Source: Podarcis muralis (Eukaryota). From it: DNA of 64,000 bases. Positions 52,795 through 60,140 of this stretch are shown here, piece by piece; the first letter of the stretch is position 1, and the number at the start of each line of letters is the position of its first letter. Location of the stretch: the NCBI RefSeq assembly GCF_964188315.1, contig NC_135656.1:31000001-31064000 (forward strand). Direction: 5' to 3'. A program made the translations under genes and the position numbers. The notes below the pieces were generated by a model, which was not told where the DNA came from, made no database searches, and saw nothing but the letters and a program-made list of their open reading frames with translations.

Positions 52795-54640
52795 TTTTAT
52801 TGGATTTGGATTTGATATCCCGCTTTATCACTACCCTAAGGAGTCTCAAAGCGGCTAACAATCTCCTTTTCCCTTCCTCCCCCACAACAAACACTCTGTG
52901 AGGTGAGTGAGGCTGAGAGACTTCAGAGAAGTGTGACTAGCCCAAGGTCACCCAGCAGCTGCATGAGGAGGAGCGGGGAAGCGAACCCGGTTCACCAGAT
53001 TACAAGTCCACCGCTCTTAACCACTACACCACACTGGCTCTCTTATTGCATTTATATCCCACCTTTTTCCTGAAAGGAGCAGAAGGTGGTGGCAACAGTT
53101 CTTTCTCTCCCCATTTTATCCTCACAACAACCCTGTGTCGTAGGTTAGGATGAGAGAAACAGTAATTGGCCCAAGATCACACCCAGTGAGCTTCATGGTT
53201 AAAGTGGGGATATGAACTCTCGTATCTTCCAGGTCCTGGTCTGACACTCTAACCACTGTACCACGCTGGCTCAAATGTTCAGTAACACAGGTCTACTCTG
53301 GGCAATCTGTGTCTAGTACAACACATCCGTAGGTATCACACATTTGTTACATGGGATTTAGTTGTCTTTCCAGGAGGAAGCTTTGGGGAGATTGCATTTT
53401 CATAGCGCTTTACATGCCATGAATATTTGCAGAGAAAATGCCATTCTTTCTCCATGAAGCTTGGGTCGTTTTGTTAATCTGAAGTACTACCTGGGATATG
53501 GTCATAGCTGTCAACTGTTCCCTTTTTTGAAGGGAAATTCCCTCATTCCGAATAGGATTCTTCGAAAGAAAAGGGAAAGGTTGACAGCTATGGATTTGGT
53601 TGTGGAGGGACCTAATGCCCGTAACACAAAAAACATAATTTGACCTGCTCATGCAATGTTGTGCAGCCCTGACGCCAGGACTCTGCACCCCATTTCGCTC
53701 ACCCTTTTTACACAACACATCCAGCTTGAGTGAATGTGCTGAGGGAGGCAATAGGATTGCAGCAGTGGACCTGATCCCTGACCTGTGTGGGATCAGCAGA
53801 CTATGGAGCAAAGTCTATGTGCATGCAAAAAATATACTTATGAGCTCTGTATATCCAGTCAGGAACCCTGCAAGAAAGGCAGGGGTCTCTAATTCCATGG
53901 ACATCCCTTTTTGTTGTTTAGTCATTTAGTCGTGTCCAACTCTTCGTGACCCCATGGACCAGATCACGCCAGGCACTCCTGTCTTCCACTGTCTCCTGCA
54001 GTTTGGTCAAACTCATGCTGGTAGCTTCGAGAACACTGTCCAACCATCTCGTCCTCTGCTGTCCCCTTCTCCTTGTGCCCTCAATCTTTCCCAACATCAG
54101 GATCTTTCCCAGGGAGACTTCTCTGTAGGAATTCCCAGTAGCGATGTATGGAAGTGAGAGCTGGACCATAAAGAAGGCTGATCGCTGAAGAATCGATGCT
54201 TTTGAATTATGGTGCTGGAGGAGACTCTTGAGAGTCCCCTGGACTGCAAGAAGATCAAACCTCTCCATTCTATGCAAAGAATGAAGATGAAGCCTGCCGA
54301 CATTTGCAGTCGTGCTGCCATCCTCCTCCATCATCTGTTGCACCGTGCACCGTGCGCATTCCCTCACCCTGGATGTGTTAACGTGAAAGCACTTCTAATG
54401 GGTCTGGCTGTCTGTGAGCTACTCCACTCTCCCTTCAAACTAGTCAGCTTCTGTTCTCATGGGGCTCATGTGTGTCTGCCCCCTCAGTAAAATCATCTCT
54501 CCTTCCCCACTGATACAAGACTGCCTTTCCCACATAAATCCGATTATAAAGTTTGATGCATTATTATGTTTTATATATTCTGCAAGCCAGCCAGAGTGGC
54601 TGGGGAAACCCAGCCAGTTGGGCAGCATATAAATAGCAAA

Positions 54641-54686
<46 letters not shown>

Positions 54687-56391
54687 TATTCACTTTTGAA
54701 CAGGCATGTGTAGGGCTGCCTTTACAACAGGATGGAGCTGAGGAAAGCTTTACCTGATTGCCAGGATAAGACCCTGTGACATTTGTTTCTGCGTGGTCTT
54801 CTTTTTTTTAATGCAGCTATTCTTGAGAAGCCCCTGGAGAAGAAATCTGGCAGGAACTTTGGTCCCCCTGGTACCAAGAAACTCATCTACTTCATAGATG
54901 ATATGAACATGCCAGAAGTCGACAAATATGGCACTGTGGCTCCTCATACCTTAATCAGGCAACACATGGACCATGGGCACTGGTAGGAATGCATTCTGTC
55001 ATGTGACTCCTGGTCAACGCGCATATTTGAATGGCACAGTTGAATGTTGTGGAACTTCATGCGCTACATATATACACCCAAAAGACACTCTCATTTTAAT
55101 ACATCATGATTACATCATGAAAGGGGAGGTCTGGTGGCAGTAATCTGAGCATCCTGGATGCTGCCCCATGGTTTTCCTTGCCCTCCACCAAAAACCCATC
55201 AAGTGTAACAAAATAGATACAGTATTTACATTTCCCTGTTTCCCAGCCAAGTTAATCACACCCTTTTGTCTTCATCTGGGTTTGTTATTTCTGGAATGGC
55301 TACCTGTCTGGCACTCAGCTATCAGGATGCCAGGAATTATCACTCAGGCAGAGGGGCTGCTGAGTAGCTGAGCTCACATGTCTATATGAATTTCTGAAGT
55401 TTTCCCAGTCAGCCAGTACATAGATACATTTATCAGTGAATTCTTACATTTGATATTGTGCAGCAGAGGCCCTTTGAATAGATAGGAAGAAACTGTGATG
55501 AAGTGTTTTGTGGGGACAAGTCATAAAAGTCACAAAAGTGATTGTTCTGATTTTGGTAGTGGGCTGCATGTGCATGATATCTGCTGGAGGGGCAACCCCC
55601 CCCCCCAACCGATACATAAATTCCTGCAACACTACCAGTAATCTCTGTTGAGACAGGGATTCTGGAATCGCGACAATCCAAAAGGCAATGAAATAGAAAT
55701 GCAATAGAAATGGGTACACGCAAGTGTGACACCACCCTCTTACTGTAGAGTTTTGAAGTCTTGCTCTCACACTTTCTCTGTTTTGAACTGACTCCACACC
55801 TTCAACACCAATCTATATGGTATATTCCCCCCCCTCCCAAAGTAGCTCACTTGTATACCGTGTCCAACACAAGGCTAGAGTCCTGTGATGGATGCCTGGC
55901 TTTTGTGTGGGAGTTACAGCACACTATTATTTGATGTGCAGAATGTAAAATGTCCACTTCTGTAGACCTCTGAACAAGTCCAGAGGAGTCGGACCAAGAT
56001 CTGTTTTTGCAACATCGTATCAAATTCTACCTCCTACCCCTTTGGTGTTCCCACAACAGACTCCCAAAAAGAAAATAAGTTAGGTATTCTGTGTCCAAGC
56101 AGGAATATCGTCAGCCCCGCAAAATCACAAGCAGAAATCTTCATTTGGCTTAAGTAAGGAATCGGAACTCAGATAGTACTGTGCTTAACCCAGTAATGTG
56201 GAACATATTTATACATTTGTGTGTACACACACGCAACATGTACATGCACATTTCTACATATGAGGGAGTCATTTGTTCTCTGGAAGTGGATGAACATACG
56301 CCATGGTAATTTTGCCACCTTGCAGCCAAAGACAGAAAATGCAGGCTGGTCTTGGACACACACCCCTTGGTCTATTTCCTTTATTTGTCTG

Positions 56392-56435
<44 letters not shown>

Positions 56436-59400
56436 CTCGAGTAATGTAACCTCCCTGACTCAACCCTCAGACTTTTGTTGCTGGATATTGCAGATGAGTT
56501 AATGATGAATGATGTGCGGATTGCAAAAGGTTTTAATACATAAAAACCCAGTGTAATCTAGAGAAAACAGTGTTTGAATGTTCGCTTCCTGCAAAATGTG
56601 TGCAAAAGACCACTGTGGAGAGAGCTGTGGAGATTCCACTGGATTAGCTAAACTAGGGCTGACTGAGTTGGGATATGGCTCTGAAGTAGATCTTCAAATC
56701 CTATCATGCTTCCCTTGGGAACAATCTCCAGCTTGTGCTTCCACAGAGCTGATGTATCTCTCAAAATCTCATTCGTGTTCTCTTAATGAGAGGAGGTCAT
56801 GAAAAGAAGTCTTCATTTTGCCCTTTGTCCTCATTTTCCGTAAATGTACGTGCAAGATAGATGAGACTTCCTAAATGTAAGTGGATACAGAACTTTGAGC
56901 AAGAGTTGCGTCTCAGAATCGTTTCTCTTTCTTGCTTATTTCTGTTAGGTATGACAGAACCAAGCTGACACTGAAGGATATTCACAACTGCCAGTATGTT
57001 GCATGTATGAATCCAACTTCTGGATCCTTTACCATTGACTCGAGACTCCAGGTACCTGTCAAAGACCCCTGTCGTAGGGGTTTCAGTCAAAGGCATGTGC
57101 TACACCCCTCCAATGTTTGCTTCCTTGGATTTGGTCTCCTCTTCTCAAGTGGAAGCAGAAAAGCAGATCGTGTCTGGGGTTTTTGGCTTTCTTTTAGAGA
57201 ATTAAAATGCGCCCTTTTGTTTAAGAGAGTGCTGCCCAGCCTGATCTTGATGAATGCCTTTTGTTGCAGCGACATTTCTGTGTGTTTGCGGTGAGTTTCC
57301 CAGGACAAGATGCTCTTATGGCTATCTACAGCACCATCCTGGGTCAGCACTTGGCCCTCCGAACTGTCCCCATGGTGGTTCAAAAGATTCATTCACAGCT
57401 TGTTTCTGCAGCTCTGGGTAAGCACTTGCAAAAGTAGAAAACCTTGCCATGGCTCATGCTTTTCATGATTACTGTCCTCTCTTTGCTCTGTTTTCTAGTT
57501 CAGGTTCAAGTCACACAAACAGCCCCTCATTTTCATGTGTATCTGCTGTATTTCTCCTCAACAGCCTTGCATCAGAAAATCACATCAACCTTTCTTCCTA
57601 CGGCCATCAAATTTCACTACGTTTTCAATCTCCGGGATCTTTCAAACATCTTCCAGGTACAATGTCACTTCTGTATAGCTGTTTGCACTTTGCTATGAGT
57701 GTGGATTTCTCTTTCCCTATTCCCTAGGAATAGTGTAGGCAAAACATAGTCTCACTGGCTGGGGACAGTGGGAGTGGTCTAGTCTGTTGAGGCCATTATA
57801 GAGTATACCTGTGTCCTCAGAGGACACCCAGCTTAGGAAACGGAAGGCAAGCAAAATTGGTCTCTCCAACCAAAGCCATGCTGGCTGGCTTCCTTTCTGA
57901 AGGGGAAAGGAATGGATTTTGACTCGAAGACTGACCGCCCGTATTAGCCATTCTGATTTCAGACTGAAGGTGATTGAGACCGATGTGCTGCTTCACCAGC
58001 ATCCATGGGGAGGCCCATCTTAGCATTGCCAACTTGCTCAGAGAAGTGTGAAGAGCCCCATGGATGGTAGGATGCGGAGCGTAACTGCCTCCTAACCCTT
58101 TTGCTCTCTTTCTGAATCCTTGAGTCAATTACCTTCTGCCCCTGCATCCTATTCCCCTACCTATGCTGATTTCAAAGGGATAGGGAAAGAGAGACCCACA
58201 GAGCTTCCAGCAAGTCATGTTTATAAAGAGGTGTCCCTGCCTTGCCTCTGTTTTCTCCCCGTATCATCTCCACTTTCAGAAGCAGTTCATGCCTTTTACA
58301 GCTCGCAGTCGTCCTCCCGTGATTCAGCATGACTGTTCTTCTTACAGCCATTGTGAATTTATACAGTATGACATTTCCCGAGGCGTTCTGTTCTGGCATA
58401 AGGAAATGCAATCTGTTAACACCCATGTAACTGCCGTAAACACAAGGGCCCTAGGGAACAGCAAGCTTTCTTGGAAACGCAAAGCTTGCCACCATGTTGT
58501 TGTCCCTCCTTTGTCAGTTTTTCAGCGTTCCCTTTGTTTTGTTACAACCTGGCTTTGTGGCAGGCGAGCAAAGTGCTGCTTTTGCCATGGCACTTGTCAG
58601 ATTTAGAGCAGCGGGCCGGGTACTCTGTTGTGCAACTGGAGCACTGCAAAGAGTGCCCAAGATGCCAGCCAATCCGTCTTGGGAGTAACGACCCACAAAT
58701 CATAGAATCATAGAATGGCAGAGTTGGAAAGGCCCTGAGTATCATCTGAGTGGACGGGACGCGGGTGGCGCTGTGGGTTAAAGCCTCAGCGCCTAGGACT
58801 TGCCGATCGAAAGGTCGGCGGTTCGAATCCCCGTGGCGGGGTGCGCTCCTGTCGCTCGGTCCCAGCGCCTGCCAACCTAGCAGTTCGAAAGCACCCTCGG
58901 GTGCAAGTAGATAAATAGGGACCGCTTACTAGCGGGAAGGTAAACGGCGTTCCGTGTGCTGCGCTGGCTCGCCAGATGCAGCTTGTCACGCTGGCCACGT
59001 GACCCGGAAGTGTCTGCGGACAGCGCTGGCTCCCGGCCTATAGAGTGAGATGAGCGCACAACCCTAGAGTCTCTCAAGACTGGCCCGTATGGGCAGGGGT
59101 ACCTTTACCTTTACCTTTATCATCTGAGTATCATCATCCTGTGATGCAGGAATATGCAGCTATCCCTTACGGGAATCGAACCTGAAACCTTGGCAATATC
59201 AGCACCATGCTCTAACCAACTGAGCTATCCAAGAGTTATGTGCCATGTGCTATTCCTTTAAATCAAGGGTAGCTTATCTGGTGCCCTGCAGTTATTGTCG
59301 GATTGTATACTCACCCAGACACTTGCATGCTCAAGCACACAGAGACTAATCTTCCCTCTCTAGCCCCATCAACCTCAGTGTGGCCATGCTAGCAGGTTCA

Positions 59401-60095
59401 GAAAGCGGAGAGTGTTTTAACTGTCATTGCTAAGCAAACACAATTCCCAGTACTTCATCCCCAAGGCCTGGCAATTTTTTTTTTCCAGAGAGGTAGCAGC
59501 AGTGGTGGTGGTGGACTCCCTCCCATAGTAAACTTTTATATGCTGACATCTTAAGTAATGAAGGCAGAATGCACACTCTCGATACCTCTCATAGCGTTCC
59601 TCTGGGTTTGTGGGATCTGCATCTGTAAGCACCTTTGGGAAGCACTTGGTCTAGGACCCACGTCGGCCTAGGACCCACATACCTATGGGACCGCCTCTCC
59701 TGGTATGCCCCGCGGAGGACCTTAAGGTCCACAAATGACAACATTTTGGAGGTCCCAGATCGCAAGGTGGTTAGATTGGTCGCAACTAGGGCCAGGGCCT
59801 TTTCAGTACTGGCTCCGACTTGGTGGAGTGCTCTGTCACAAGAGACATGGGCCTGCGGGACTTGACATCTTTCCGCAGGGCCTGCAAGACAGAGCTGTTC
59901 CGCCTGGCCTTTGGTTTGGTCTCAGTCTGACCCTTATGTTTCCCTCCCCTTATGGTTTTGATGAGGCTGCATTTTAAATTGCATTTTAACCTGTATTTTA
60001 AATTGGTTCTTTCTCTCCCCCCCCCCCCATTATGTTTTTACTGTAATATTACTGTTGTTAGTACTCTGGCCGGGGAGGGCGGGGTATAAATAAAA

Positions 60096-60140
<45 letters not shown>

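Noticed and set aside
52464-52901. In-frame extension of exon 46 through the (GT)n repeat (poly-CV)
   Set aside because: A strong donor GTAAGG at 52741 gives the correct phase to exon 47. Read-through ends in a premature stop within a SINE.
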